A stretch of DNA of 64,000 nt from Minisyncoccota bacterium. GTDB taxonomy: Bacteria; Patescibacteriota; Minisyncoccia; Phycocordibacterales; UBA2100. Below the pieces are notes generated by a model. It did no database searches. It was not told where the DNA came from and saw only the letters and a program-made list of their open reading frames with translations. Location: assembly GCA_022842645.1 (NCBI GenBank), contig JALHPE010000003.1, positions 10,445 through 74,444 of the forward strand. Direction: 5' to 3'. Below, in pieces: positions 25,534-35,568 of the stretch (position 1 is the stretch's first letter; each line of letters starts with the position of its first letter). The translations under genes and the position numbers were made by a program.

Positions 25534-27825
25534 TCATAGTTTTACCCTCTTGATTCTCAGCGAGTTCGCGACGACCGTGACGCTCTCGAACGCCATGATA
25601 GCTCCTGCGACGGCAGGGCTCAGGGTCCAGCCGAAAAACGGATAGAGGACGCCTGCAGCGACGGGAATGCCAACTGAGTTGTATCCGAACGACCAGATGA
25701 GGTTCTGCCATATCGTCCGCTTCGTCTTCTTCGCGAGATTGATAGCTTCTGCCACTTTCCCGATATCGCCCTTGAGCAACACGATGTCCGAGCTTTCGAT
25801 AGCGATGTCAGAGCCGTCGCTCATGGATATCGCCACATCAGCCTGCGCGAGCGCGGGAGAGTCGTTCACGCCGTCGCCGATCATAGCGACGATGAGGCCT
25901 TTCTTCTGGAGATCCCCGATGATCCTCAGCTTATCTTCCGGCTTTACATCCGTATACGCTTCGTCAATACCAAGACTTTTGGCAACAGCTTCCCCGGTTT
26001 TCTTGTGATCCCCCGTCGCCATGATCACCTTCAGTCCCAACGACTTCAGTTTTGCTATTTCCGCTTTCGCCTCCGCTTTGATCGTGTCGTGGATCTTTAC
26101 GAGCGAGAGCACCTCGGTATCGTTCGACAGATACAGTTCACGGCCGCTCTCGAAACGCCCATCCTGAAAGTCTTTCCGTATCTGTTCCTGCGATTGCCTG
26201 ATCGTTTCTCCTATGTATCCGATGGAGCCAAGATAATAGGCTGTACCATCATGTATTGCCTTCAGGCCCTTACCCGGGAGTTCTGTAATCTCGGAAACGG
26301 TGAGTTCTTTTGCGTCTGCATCCTTCAGCCACAGAGCAACACTTGCCGAAACAGGATGCTTTGATGATTTTGTCATCGAGTAAATGACGGATTGTTTGAA
26401 ACTCGTATCAAGCGAGTGACACATATGACCCTCGTCCTTGCAGAATATCCCCTCGATGGAGAGCCTGTTTTCCGTCAGCGTCCCGGTCTTGTCGAAGACG
26501 ATAGCGTTCACGCTCGCGAGTTTCTCAAGGCTTTCGGCGTTCTTGATGAGGATGCCCCGACGCGCGCCCGCCCCGACGCCAGTGATGATCGCCGTCGGTG
26601 TCGCAAGCCCTAAGGAGCACGGACACGCGATCACAAGTACCGCCATGGTGGTGGCAAGCGCGAGTGCGAATGCCTGCGAGAATCCGAGTACGCCAGGACC
26701 GAAGATCATCCATGACGCAAACGTAATGACTGCAATAACCAAAACGACGTAGACAAAGTAGCCAGAGATCCTATCGGCTATTTTTTCGATCGGTGCCTTC
26801 GAGTTCTGGGCATTCTCGACGATAGTGATGATATGCGAGAGCGCGGTATCTTTCGTCTCTTTCTCCACCTTTACTTTAAGCAAACCTTGGAGATTTTGCG
26901 TGCCCGCGAACACAGCGGCTCCCAAAGCTTTATCAACCGGCACCGACTCTCCCGTCAGGTTCGATTCATCGATACTCGATGCGCCGAACACGACCATGCC
27001 ATCTACCGGAATGCGTTCGCTCGGCTTCACGATGACCACATCGCCGATCTTGACGTTCTCTATAGCGATCTCCATCTCTTTCCCATCACGCTCGACGAGC
27101 GCGGTCTTGCTCGTGAGTTCTGCCAGTTTCTGGAGTGATTCGTTGGTCTTGCGTTTGGCGCGCGTTTCGAGGAATTGGCCGAGGGCGATGAGTCCGATGA
27201 CGATGATGACGACATCATAGAAATTCGAACTGACATCCAGGTAGGGTGCCAGCTGTGCCTCGAATGCGGTAACAGCGAAAGAGTATATGAAAGCGATGAT
27301 AGTCGAGATGCCGACCAGCACGTCCATGTTGGCAATGCCGGTCCGGAGGAATATCCAAGTTGCCTTGATGTATCTGCGTCCGATGCCGAAGAGGACAAAG
27401 GTCGCGAAGATCGGCATCAGGTGGTGGAACGCCTCATAGAGCGTCTCCGGCATTTCGGGCAGGATCCTGAAGTCAGAGAGCACGTCCCACGCCATCATCA
27501 CGAAAGAAAAGATGACCATCGGGATGACGAACCGCATCTCGAACGCCATCGCGTTTTCCTTGGCGTCTTTGCCGTCCATGCGCGCGTGATCCATTCCCAC
27601 CGCTTCTTTTTTGACGACATCTTCGAACGTGTAGCCGAAGGGCGAAATGGCGGCGCTCAGGGATTCGATAGGAACCGGCGGTCCTGAAAAGACCACGCGG
27701 GCTTTTTCCTGAGCGAGCCCGACCGATACAGACTCGACCCCCGGCACTTTCGAGACTTTGTTCTGAATAAGCGAGACACAACTCGCGCAGTGCATCCCGA
27801 TGACTTTATAGGTGTGTTCGGCCAT
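25534..27825 (-). CDS. copA: copper-translocating P1B-type ATPase
   Basis: N-terminal HMA (YKVIGMHCASCV), membrane CPC motif (IACPCSLGLATP), DKTGTLT phosphorylation site, GDGVNDSPAL hinge. Start set at the internal Met MAEHTYK (27825). Confidence 0.9.
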   Translation of the reverse strand: MAEHTYKVIGMHCASCVSLIQNKVSKVPGVESVSVGLAQEKARVVFSGPPVPIESLSAAISPFGYTFEDVVKKEAVGMDHARMDGKDAKENAMAFEMRFVIPMVIFSFVMMAWDVLSDFRILPEMPETLYEAFHHLMPIFATFVLFGIGRRYIKATWIFLRTGIANMDVLVGISTIIAFIYSFAVTAFEAQLAPYLDVSSNFYDVVIIVIGLIALGQFLETRAKRKTNESLQKLAELTSKTALVERDGKEMEIAIENVKIGDVVIVKPSERIPVDGMVVFGASSIDESNLTGESVPVDKALGAAVFAGTQNLQGLLKVKVEKETKDTALSHIITIVENAQNSKAPIEKIADRISGYFVYVVLVIAVITFASWMIFGPGVLGFSQAFALALATTMAVLVIACPCSLGLATPTAIITGVGAGARRGILIKNAESLEKLASVNAIVFDKTGTLTENRLSIEGIFCKDEGHMCHSLDTSFKQSVIYSMTKSSKHPVSASVALWLKDADAKELTVSEITELPGKGLKAIHDGTAYYLGSIGYIGETIRQSQEQIRKDFQDGRFESGRELYLSNDTEVLSLVKIHDTIKAEAKAEIAKLKSLGLKVIMATGDHKKTGEAVAKSLGIDEAYTDVKPEDKLRIIGDLQKKGLIVAMIGDGVNDSPALAQADVAISMSDGSDIAIESSDIVLLKGDIGKVAEAINLAKKTKRTIWQNLIWSFGYNSVGIPVAAGVLYPFFGWTLSPAVAGAIMAFESVTVVANSLRIKRVKL

Positions 27826-27826
27826 A

Positions 27827-28093
27827 TTATTTGCGCTTGAGCTTGTATACCTTGAGAACCTCGTCTTTCGCTTTACCGGTCTGACCCGACGACATCTGAT
27901 GATGCACGCAGTGGTCGAGATGGTTTTCAAGTAAGAGATCCTCGACATTGGAGAGCCCCTGCTTTACCGCCGAGGTCTGCGTAATCACATCGATGCAATA
28001 CGTATCACTGCCGATCATCTTCTGGAGCCCGCGCACCTGTCCTTCGATAAGCTTGAGGCGACGGATGGCTTTCGCCTTACTTTTCTCGTCCAT
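27827..28093 (-). CDS. csoR: CsoR/RcnR-family metal-sensing transcriptional repressor
   Basis: About 89 aa. RLKLIEGQVRGLQKMI...C...H...C pattern of CsoR. Stop is 1 bp from the copA start (operon). Confidence 0.8.
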   Translation of the reverse strand: MDEKSKAKAIRRLKLIEGQVRGLQKMIGSDTYCIDVITQTSAVKQGLSNVEDLLLENHLDHCVHHQMSSGQTGKAKDEVLKVYKLKRK

Positions 28094-28145
28094 GTATTTC
28101 ATACACACCAAATATACCCCCTGGGGGTATTGGGGTCAAATCTGT

Positions 28146-28373
28146 TCAGATGAAGTCGAAGATGTTCTCCAAGAGGCCGCTACGTTCGTTTTCCTCGACG
28201 CGCCCACGCCCCTCGGACCTTCTCTCACCGCCTTGCGACGCTGAGTCTCGTTCGATGATCTTGTCCAATTCGCCTCTATCGAGCCAGATTCCGCGGCATG
28301 TGGGGCAATAATCAATTTCGATTCCTTGGCGCTCCATCATCTGGAGTGCAGTATCGTCAATGGGACATTTCAT
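28146..28373 (-). CDS. TFIIB-type zinc-ribbon domain protein
   Basis: 75 aa. CPIDDT...CPTCRGIWLDRGELDKI (zf-TFIIB-like) plus acidic/Arg-rich tail. Confidence 0.5.
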   Translation of the reverse strand: MKCPIDDTALQMMERQGIEIDYCPTCRGIWLDRGELDKIIERDSASQGGERRSEGRGRVEENERSGLLENIFDFI

Positions 28374-28410
28374 AGGTAGTATTTGTGATCATTTCTTTAA
28401 TACTGTACGG

Positions 28411-29598
28411 CTATTGCAGCATCTTCCGGTATTCGCCCGTCGCCGTATTAAATGCGGGCAGTTCTGAGCCGGAAAGCGGTTCTCCACGCGGGAACTCGGC
28501 TGTGAGAGGATTCACGGGGTTTCCGTTCTCGAACATCGCATACTGGAGATGCGGTCCAGTCGAGATGCCAGTCGACCCGACATAGCCGACAACATCGCCC
28601 TGTAAGACATCGACACCCTTTTTCACACCTTTAGCAATGCTGGAAAGATGCGCATACTGCGTCAGATAGTTTCCATGCTTCAGCTCGACGGTAATGCCGA
28701 GGCCGCCTTTCGAACCCGCTACGCTCACCGTCCCATCTGCCGTTGCAATGACCGGCGTTCCCGAAGGTGCTGCGTAATCGATCGCGCGATGCGGGGTAAC
28801 CTGTTTGGTGACCGGATTCGTCCGCTGATAGCTGAAGCCGGAGCTTATCCGCGCGTAGTTCAGGGGTGATTTGAGGAACTGACGGACAAGAGAGTTTCCA
28901 TCGGTATCGTAGAACGCATCCTGGTAACGGAACGCTTCGAACGCCTTGCCGTCATTGATGAATCGAGCCGCGAGCACGTTGCCTGCGCCAGCATCTTTTC
29001 CATCCAATGAGCGTTTTTCGTAGACGATAGAGAATGAATCGCCCTCGCGAATATCGGTCGCGAAATCGATGTCGCCGGAGAAGATGCTCGCGAGTTCGAG
29101 CGTCACCTTGTCCTCGATCCCAACACTTTCTGCTGCGGCGAACAATGAATCCGCTATTGTTCCTTTCGCAGCCACGACCTCAATTTCATATTCAATGGGT
29201 TGCTTCGATGCGAAGAATTGGCTTCCGTTTTTCTCCACTACAACGACCTCGTCGTCCGAGATCGGATATTCGATAGCCGCGAGAGCTTTCTCGGCAAAAA
29301 TGAATCGGATTATTTGTCCCGCACGGATCGTCGTGAAGTCGTAGACACCGCTCGTCGCTTCCAGGATTGCTTGAACCTCCTCGAATGGAATGCGCGCCGC
29401 TTCACCGACCGTCGCGAACGTGTCACCCGACTGTATGACGTATTCCTCGACCTGAGTATCAGCGGCAGGCTCGGCGCGTGTGGCACCGGTGTGGGCGACG
29501 TACACAATCTCCTTGGTAACGATTTGCAGCAGTACCAATGCCGCGACCACTGAGGCGGAGATCGCACATAGCGACGTGATAAGTACGGTTCGTCTCAT
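28411..29598 (-). CDS. M23-family peptidoglycan endopeptidase
   Basis: 395 aa. N-terminal TM. C-terminal HRAIDYAAPSGTPV...GDVVGYVGSTGISTGPHLQY (HxxxD and HxH of LytM/M23). Confidence 0.8.
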   Translation of the reverse strand: MRRTVLITSLCAISASVVAALVLLQIVTKEIVYVAHTGATRAEPAADTQVEEYVIQSGDTFATVGEAARIPFEEVQAILEATSGVYDFTTIRAGQIIRFIFAEKALAAIEYPISDDEVVVVEKNGSQFFASKQPIEYEIEVVAAKGTIADSLFAAAESVGIEDKVTLELASIFSGDIDFATDIREGDSFSIVYEKRSLDGKDAGAGNVLAARFINDGKAFEAFRYQDAFYDTDGNSLVRQFLKSPLNYARISSGFSYQRTNPVTKQVTPHRAIDYAAPSGTPVIATADGTVSVAGSKGGLGITVELKHGNYLTQYAHLSSIAKGVKKGVDVLQGDVVGYVGSTGISTGPHLQYAMFENGNPVNPLTAEFPRGEPLSGSELPAFNTATGEYRKMLQ

Positions 29599-29600
29599 GG

Positions 29601-30242
29601 CTAGTAATCAACGTAATACCTAATGCTTGCCTTCGCCTTCAGCTCCGCAAGGAACGTACCTGCAAGCCGGTCCACTTTTTCTTCGCGTATCTGTTCTTTG
29701 ATCTTCTTTCGTGCCTCTCTTTCCTCTTCCTTCGGAATTGCTATTTTGTTATCCGTAATATAGGCGTCGATCTCCTCTTCACTCACGTCCGCCTTTTCGC
29801 CAAGGAGTTTTTCGAGCGTTAAGTGTTCTATTAATTGATTTCGCATGTCTTTTTCCGTGATGCCCTGTTGTTGAAGCTGGTCCTCAAGAGTCGAACCGTT
29901 TGCTACCATTTGCGATTCGATCGATTGTATTTCACCCGTGAGTTCGCTTTCATCGATAACAATGTTCCGTGCACGCGCTTCGTCAGCGATGAGTTTTTTG
30001 GTTATTACTGCGTCAATGGCTTGCTGTCCGGCCTGCCGTTCAAGATCTCGAATGATCGCGATGCGGCTGATGGGTTTTCCATTTACCGTCGCCGCGACGA
30101 CATATCCCTGCATGACAAGGAGTGCACCGAGAATGAGCACAGCGACAACGCCGAGTGCGATGAAGGTCGTCTTCCGGTTTTTGAAGCCGCTTTTTATGGC
30201 AACAGGTTGCGCAGATGCCTCTTCTGTTTTTTGATCTTCCAT
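29601..30242 (-). CDS. SurA N-terminal-domain-like periplasmic chaperone
   Basis: 213 aa, N-terminal TM, helical chaperone-like domain. No PPIase signature. Confidence 0.4.
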   Translation of the reverse strand: MEDQKTEEASAQPVAIKSGFKNRKTTFIALGVVAVLILGALLVMQGYVVAATVNGKPISRIAIIRDLERQAGQQAIDAVITKKLIADEARARNIVIDESELTGEIQSIESQMVANGSTLEDQLQQQGITEKDMRNQLIEHLTLEKLLGEKADVSEEEIDAYITDNKIAIPKEEEREARKKIKEQIREEKVDRLAGTFLAELKAKASIRYYVDY

Positions 30243-30276
30243 AGTGTCGTAATCAGATATTGTTAATGACGAATAC

Positions 30277-30840
30277 TTACGCCGCTCTGTTCTTTCGGAG
30301 TACCACGAATGCCAGCCCCGAGAGCATCAACATGCTTCCGAAGACCATGATGCCGAGGAATGGAATCGTGGCGAAGCCGAAGATGAGGATTGGCGAATCC
30401 GTGCACGCGGGCATGAGGCCTCCGTACGAACATGGAAGCGTGAGTGTGTTTCCGAGGACGAACCGCTGGAAGTGGTAATAGTAATGATAGAGCGCGTACC
30501 AGAGGCCGAAGCCCGAGAGGATAGCGACGGTCACATGCGCTTCACGCGTCTTGTACCACAGAGCGACTGGTGCGATGACGGCGATAGGATACAGGAATAT
30601 TCGCTGCCACCAGCACAATTCGCAGACCGGCGTCTCGTACGCAAGTTGGAAGATGAGGGTTCCGACGACTGATGCGATGCCAATCGCCGCAATCGCTGCT
30701 AGGTAACGTTCATACGAATGCGAGAGCAGATGTGCTCGAATCTTGGGGGATACGAGATACCCGATCCACGCAATTGCAAGTGTCGCGAAGAGTCCGACAG
30801 AGCCGAGGACAAGAAGTGTTGAGAATGCTTCAAGGGTCAT
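30277..30840 (-). CDS. dsbB: disulfide bond formation protein B
   Basis: 187 aa, four TM helices, CELCWWQRIFLYP periplasmic-loop Cys pair as in BdbC/DsbB, second Cys pair in loop 2. Confidence 0.7.
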   Translation of the reverse strand: MTLEAFSTLLVLGSVGLFATLAIAWIGYLVSPKIRAHLLSHSYERYLAAIAAIGIASVVGTLIFQLAYETPVCELCWWQRIFLYPIAVIAPVALWYKTREAHVTVAILSGFGLWYALYHYYYHFQRFVLGNTLTLPCSYGGLMPACTDSPILIFGFATIPFLGIMVFGSMLMLSGLAFVVLRKNRAA

Positions 30841-30844
30841 ACGG

Positions 30845-31504
30845 CTACTTGGTTTTATCTAACTCCGCTTGGATGAGCGCCTTGAATGCCTCGTAACTTT
30901 GAGGATTCTGGATTTTTGTGCCCTGGACGAACAACGACGGCGTGCTGTTGTTGCCAAGCTTTTCGCTATTATCGAAGTCGCGCTGTACGCGCGCTTTGGT
31001 TGATGGATCAGCGACATCCGCTTTGAATTTCTCCATGTCGAGCCCAATCTGCTCTGCGTACGCTTCAAACACCTGTGGCGTCGGCATCTGCTTGTTGCCC
31101 CACTTTTCCTGATTCTCGAAGAGCACGTCATGCATCTCCCAATACTTGCCTTGCTTCGAGGCCGCTTCGACGGCGATCGCAGCCGTCATACTGTTCTTGT
31201 GCCCAGGCAGTGGGAAGTAGCGCGTCACGATGCCCAAATCATTCGGGAATTCCGTGCCGAGCTGTTTGATGAGCGGGTAATACGCGCCGCATGCCTCGCA
31301 CTCGAAGTCGAGGTACTCGACGAGCGTCACTTTCGCCTCGGGATTTCCTTTTACATGATCGTCCGCGACGATGTTCAGGATACCCGCCGCTTCCGCGCTG
31401 GTTGCGGGAGTCGGGGCGGGATTGAGTAATTTGTTGGAGAAAAGGAGTCCAATGATAACGACTGCACCAAGTCCCCACCAGATATGCGATTGTTTGATTT
31501 TCAT
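30845..31504 (-). CDS. DsbA-family thiol:disulfide oxidoreductase
   Basis: 219 aa, signal anchor, thioredoxin-fold active site FECEACGAYYP (CxxC). Confidence 0.75.
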   Translation of the reverse strand: MKIKQSHIWWGLGAVVIIGLLFSNKLLNPAPTPATSAEAAGILNIVADDHVKGNPEAKVTLVEYLDFECEACGAYYPLIKQLGTEFPNDLGIVTRYFPLPGHKNSMTAAIAVEAASKQGKYWEMHDVLFENQEKWGNKQMPTPQVFEAYAEQIGLDMEKFKADVADPSTKARVQRDFDNSEKLGNNSTPSLFVQGTKIQNPQSYEAFKALIQAELDKTK

Positions 31505-31541
31505 ACGATTTTATTTCACTACGTAATAATTTGTAATTTTG

Positions 31542-32081
31542 TTACGTCGCACACACCGCGGGATTCGTAATCTGCCGCGCTGAGAGATATACGGAGAACG
31601 CCAGAAGAAGCGCTCCGATGATCCCGAATTCGCTTCCTCCGAGCGGCAGAAGCGCCAGCGCGCCTGTTGCTCCTACGAGAGCAAGCGCTCCTCCCAGCAG
31701 GAGCGTACCGCAGGCGGCGCATCCCACACCCAGGACACCGCTTCCGATGCCGAGAACGCCAGTCCACATGCTATGCCACGTACGCGCAATCTTCCGCCGC
31801 AGATAGTAGACCGTCATCGCCACATACATCCCGAAGAGGATCGCGATGACTACCGTGTAGAGGGCGGAGAGCGGCGTGAAATTCGTCGTTATCGAACCCA
31901 AGAGACTTACGGGTAGCGCGAACTTTTCAGACCATGAGGTGCTTGGAGAGAGCGCGATACGCGCGATAAGGCCGAGGTTCGGAAGCCATGTCGCAAGGGC
32001 AAAGACGAGCGCGCTCGTTGCAATAGCGAGCGCGAGATACGCAGGCCTTGTGAACACAGTGCGGAATGCTCGTGTCACCAT
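31542..32081 (-). CDS. hypothetical polytopic membrane protein
   Basis: 179 aa, Gly/Ala-rich TM helices, paired Cys (GCAACG). Function unknown. Confidence 0.35.
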   Translation of the reverse strand: MVTRAFRTVFTRPAYLALAIATSALVFALATWLPNLGLIARIALSPSTSWSEKFALPVSLLGSITTNFTPLSALYTVVIAILFGMYVAMTVYYLRRKIARTWHSMWTGVLGIGSGVLGVGCAACGTLLLGGALALVGATGALALLPLGGSEFGIIGALLLAFSVYLSARQITNPAVCAT

Positions 32082-32083
32082 AC

Positions 32084-32779
32084 TTATTTGTCCTTCTGCG
32101 CGATGTCGATTAATTGCTGCACCGATTCATACGGTTGTGCGCCCGAGAGCGGATATTTTTTTCCGCTTTTCGAGACGACGATGCTCCACGGCGTGCCGTT
32201 GCCGCCGGTTGCCTGTGCATTCTGCACCTCGTCCTCGATGTGCTCGTCGTATCGTGTGCTCGCAAGGCATTCGTTGAATTGTGCAACGTCGAGTCCCACG
32301 AACTCTGCGATTTTGGGCAATTCTGCCACGTCGAGTCCGTCGTTCGCAGGAGTTATCGCGAAGAGCCGGTCAAGATATTTCCAGAATGCGTCGTTGCCGC
32401 CGAGTTCGTTGGCGCATTCTGTTGCGACGGCTTCTTTGCGCGCCTTTTTGTGCAGCTGATCGAGCGGGAACTGTCGATAGACCCATGCAACATCGCTGTT
32501 TTCCTCGACGACTTGCTTCATCGTCTCATGGAATCGTTTGCAGAACGGGCATTCGGTATCCGAATATTCGACGATTTTGACGGGCGCATCCGGATTGCCA
32601 CGTACATGATCGGACGCGGAAATGGGAGTCATCGCTTCCAGATCTCCGGTTGGAGCTTGTGCTTCCGGTTGGTTCGCACCGGTGCTACTCGCGCTCCCGC
32701 TCGTATAGAAGACAGCTCCCGCGATGAGCGCTCCGGCGATGACGATAGCGGCAGGTATTGCTACGTTAGTTTGTGTCAT
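32084..32779 (-). CDS. DsbA-family thiol:disulfide oxidoreductase (second copy)
   Basis: 231 aa. DTECPFCKRFH CxxC active site in a thioredoxin-like fold, N-terminal TM anchor. Confidence 0.75.
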   Translation of the reverse strand: MTQTNVAIPAAIVIAGALIAGAVFYTSGSASSTGANQPEAQAPTGDLEAMTPISASDHVRGNPDAPVKIVEYSDTECPFCKRFHETMKQVVEENSDVAWVYRQFPLDQLHKKARKEAVATECANELGGNDAFWKYLDRLFAITPANDGLDVAELPKIAEFVGLDVAQFNECLASTRYDEHIEDEVQNAQATGGNGTPWSIVVSKSGKKYPLSGAQPYESVQQLIDIAQKDK

Positions 32780-32788
32780 GGTTGTTTT

Positions 32789-33175
32789 TTATCGTCCGAA
32801 CCACTGCGTCAGCCACCCCTGCATGGTGGTGATCTCAGAAGTCTGGGCGTTGATAATATCTTCGGCCATTTTCTTCAGTTCGGGGCGTTTCGTGCTACCT
32901 GCGATCAGCTGCGCCATGTCTATCGCGCCCTGATGATGCACGATCATGCTCTCCAGGAAGGCTGCGTCGCGCGCATCGCCGGTTTGCTTTTTGAGATCCG
33001 AGAGCATGCTCGACATCGACGAGTCCATCGAATGCTCTCCGGACATAGCGGGAGCGGAGTCGCTTGTGCCGACATGGGTCGGTTCGGTCGGCGTTTTGAA
33101 TTGCGCGATACCGTATCCCGCGCCTCCTCCCACAAGAAGCGATACAATCATTGTTGAGAGAATTGTGTTGTTCAT
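32789..33175 (-). CDS. DUF305-family protein (copper-resistance associated)
   Basis: 128 aa. MIVHHQGAIDMAQL resembles the DUF305 MIPHHQGAI.MA core. N-terminal TM. Confidence 0.6.
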   Translation of the reverse strand: MNNTILSTMIVSLLVGGGAGYGIAQFKTPTEPTHVGTSDSAPAMSGEHSMDSSMSSMLSDLKKQTGDARDAAFLESMIVHHQGAIDMAQLIAGSTKRPELKKMAEDIINAQTSEITTMQGWLTQWFGR

Positions 33176-33239
33176 ATGGATTAAGAAATTGATACTAAAA
33201 ACACGCCACAGAAGCGGCGTGCCGGATTATTATCTTCAG

Positions 33240-33662
33240 CTAGAAAAGCTTCGGGTTAAGGATGCCGCGCGCAAACACTTCCTGCAGCGCGATGTGCGTC
33301 GGGATATATCCGTGAGCCGCGACGGGACGAAACATCGAATCTGGGGGAAAGAAAGCCCGCCGCAGAAGCGGTAGGAATCCGATGACGGCGGCAAGGAACG
33401 CGAACAGAATAGTTGAGAAATCTGCTTGGACCGGCAGAGCATTGAACATGTTTTGCGCAGCCGCGACATGTTGCATCGGCGTCATGTTGCAGATGACGAC
33501 TCCCGGCATGAAGGGACATCCCCCCATCTGACCATTCATCTCCTGCCCCATGCCGATATGCGAGACACCGATGAAGCCAGCAAATAGATAGCCGACAAGG
33601 ACGAGACAAACCGCAACGGATGCAATCTCACGTCTCAATAACATGCGTACGAGTATAGCCAT
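33240..33662 (-). CDS. hypothetical membrane protein
   Basis: 140 aa with 3-4 TM helices and His/Met-rich loops. Confidence 0.35.
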   Translation of the reverse strand: MAILVRMLLRREIASVAVCLVLVGYLFAGFIGVSHIGMGQEMNGQMGGCPFMPGVVICNMTPMQHVAAAQNMFNALPVQADFSTILFAFLAAVIGFLPLLRRAFFPPDSMFRPVAAHGYIPTHIALQEVFARGILNPKLF

Positions 33663-33772
33663 AAAGCGGGCGATATGCCAGCATGCCGGTCAAGCTCAAT
33701 AAAAGCTTAGCTAGACTGGGCATACCTGCCCGCAGACGCTGAAATGGAAACTTGACTGTATGGCATATTTAA

Positions 33773-34441
33773 TTGTATAATATACATATGGAGACTGCTT
33801 CCCCTCACCCGGAGAAACGACCCTCAAAAGCGGTATTTCTCGCCACAACAGTGGTGGTTTTCGTCATGTCGCTCTCTGCCGCAGATTCCGTCGGCTTCGT
33901 CCCGTATTACGTCGATGGCACCGAACCGGCACGTTCGCGTGTCGCAATTTCCGAATTACCGGAACTTGGTGAGGAACCAGTGACCCAAGCGGCCGAACCT
34001 GAAGTCGGCGTCCTGCCGACGCGCATCCGCAGCTCAACCATCAATCTTGACTTGCCGGTACAGGATTCTGCCACGCGCGACATCGATGAGTTGAATGAGA
34101 TGCTTAAGGACGGCCCCGTTCGCTATGTCGATTCCGCAAAGCTCGGCGAGAAAGGCAACGTGCTCATATTCGGCCACTCGTCACAACTTCCGGTTGTGCA
34201 TAATCAGATGTACAAGGCATTTAATCGCGTGCCGGAACTGAAAGAGGGCGACACGATCACGCTTGAAGGCGGCGGCAAAGAATTCGTTTACACTGTTCGT
34301 TCGGTGAAAAAGGTTGACGCAAACGAGGGTGTGATCGATCTCTCCAAAGACGGCAATCGCCTTACGCTCGTTACCTGCGACACGCTGACGGGCAAAAGCG
34401 CACGGTTCGTCCTCGAAGCCGAGCTCGTCGGGTCGTACTAA
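33773..34441 (+). CDS. sortase-family transpeptidase
   Basis: 222 aa. N-terminal TM. Catalytic His context NVLIFGHSS, TLxTC motif LTLVTCDTL, and downstream Arg. Confidence 0.75.
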   Translation: MYNIHMETASPHPEKRPSKAVFLATTVVVFVMSLSAADSVGFVPYYVDGTEPARSRVAISELPELGEEPVTQAAEPEVGVLPTRIRSSTINLDLPVQDSATRDIDELNEMLKDGPVRYVDSAKLGEKGNVLIFGHSSQLPVVHNQMYKAFNRVPELKEGDTITLEGGGKEFVYTVRSVKKVDANEGVIDLSKDGNRLTLVTCDTLTGKSARFVLEAELVGSY

Positions 34442-34503
34442 AGACTTTTCTTGACATCTAACTTGGTAATCGAGAAGCACGCGCGGGTCTGGCGGCCCGT
34501 TTG

Positions 34504-35562
34504 CTATTCAAGAATATCGTATATGCGTTCGTCTTCCGCGCCGAATTTCCACGGTAACAATCCTCCGACGCCGAATTCTCTCGCAAGCTCATATTTCGGC
34601 TTGAAACTCCGCACATCCTCGAACCATACTTCGTGGAGAGCGCCCGCGTCATCGGTGTACTTGAAAAACGGCGCTTCAACACTCGTATCGTATTCGATGG
34701 TTGCATTTTTTTGCGTAGCAAGAACGAGCGCGCTTTGGTAATCGACGCCATTCGCCGTGTGCCACTCTCCGTGGTCGTTCGTCCAATCGTATCCGTCCAT
34801 CGGAATGCCAAGCAAGATCTTCTTCATAGGGACGCCCTGCGATGTGGCGTATTCCAATACGTTCCGCATCCATCCGATTTCAGCGTTGGCTCCCGGATCG
34901 CTCGTTTCGTAATGCTGGTCGTAGGTCATATAGGCAAGATAGTCGGCTCCCGTCAGTGATGGAATATTTTGCCCTCGCGTTTCTGTTCCTTGCAGCTGGG
35001 CGTGGATGGCGACGACAAGCATCTTGCCCCGCGAATCGAGGGCGGCACCGAGTTCGTTCACGAACGCTGTATAATCCGCTGCCTGCGAATCTTGGAGGAA
35101 TTCGTAGTCAATGTTCACGCCGTCAAAACCCTTAGATTCGATGAGTTCGACAATGGATGCAATATGCACGCGACGTGCCTCTGCGGTGTCAATGACCTTT
35201 TGTACGCGACCGGAGTCCCAATTTCCTTCATCGGGGAGGTTCGCGATCAAGGCGAGCGCTTTGACGTCTTTGTCCTGCGCGAAGCGCACGATAGACATGT
35301 CTTCTAAGGCGGATCCGTACTTTCCGATGTTGCCATTCTCATCCAACCGGTACCAGAACAATACGAGCCCGTCCATGTCGTCAACGTGCTTCTGGAACAT
35401 GGCATAGGCGCGCGGTTGATCCCAATACGGGATCGAACCGACCACAAAAAACGGATCTTCGTTTCGACTCGGTTGCGATGAGTCGCGCTCGCGGATACTT
35501 CCTATCGCGAAAACCAGTACTGCAAGCCCGCCTACGGCAATGAATATGAATTTTGGGGGCAT
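34504..35562 (-). CDS. GH18-like glycoside hydrolase (chitinase/YaaH-type), membrane anchored
   Basis: 352 aa. N-terminal TM. DGVNIDYEF matches the GH18 DGxDxDWE catalytic motif. Confidence 0.5.
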   Translation of the reverse strand: MPPKFIFIAVGGLAVLVFAIGSIRERDSSQPSRNEDPFFVVGSIPYWDQPRAYAMFQKHVDDMDGLVLFWYRLDENGNIGKYGSALEDMSIVRFAQDKDVKALALIANLPDEGNWDSGRVQKVIDTAEARRVHIASIVELIESKGFDGVNIDYEFLQDSQAADYTAFVNELGAALDSRGKMLVVAIHAQLQGTETRGQNIPSLTGADYLAYMTYDQHYETSDPGANAEIGWMRNVLEYATSQGVPMKKILLGIPMDGYDWTNDHGEWHTANGVDYQSALVLATQKNATIEYDTSVEAPFFKYTDDAGALHEVWFEDVRSFKPKYELAREFGVGGLLPWKFGAEDERIYDILE

Positions 35563-35568
35563 ACGTTA

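Noticed and set aside
25667-27687. Several plus-strand ORFs (100-170 aa) inside the copA locus
   Set aside because: They are antisense to a strongly supported P-type ATPase gene, have biased His/Arg/Asp composition typical of antisense GC-rich coding sequence, and have no motifs.
27827-28111. Apparent 120-bp overlap between csoR and copA ORFs
   Set aside because: Resolved by using internal start codons: copA starts at MAEHTYK (27825) and csoR ends at 27827. The longer copA ORF is an upstream extension.
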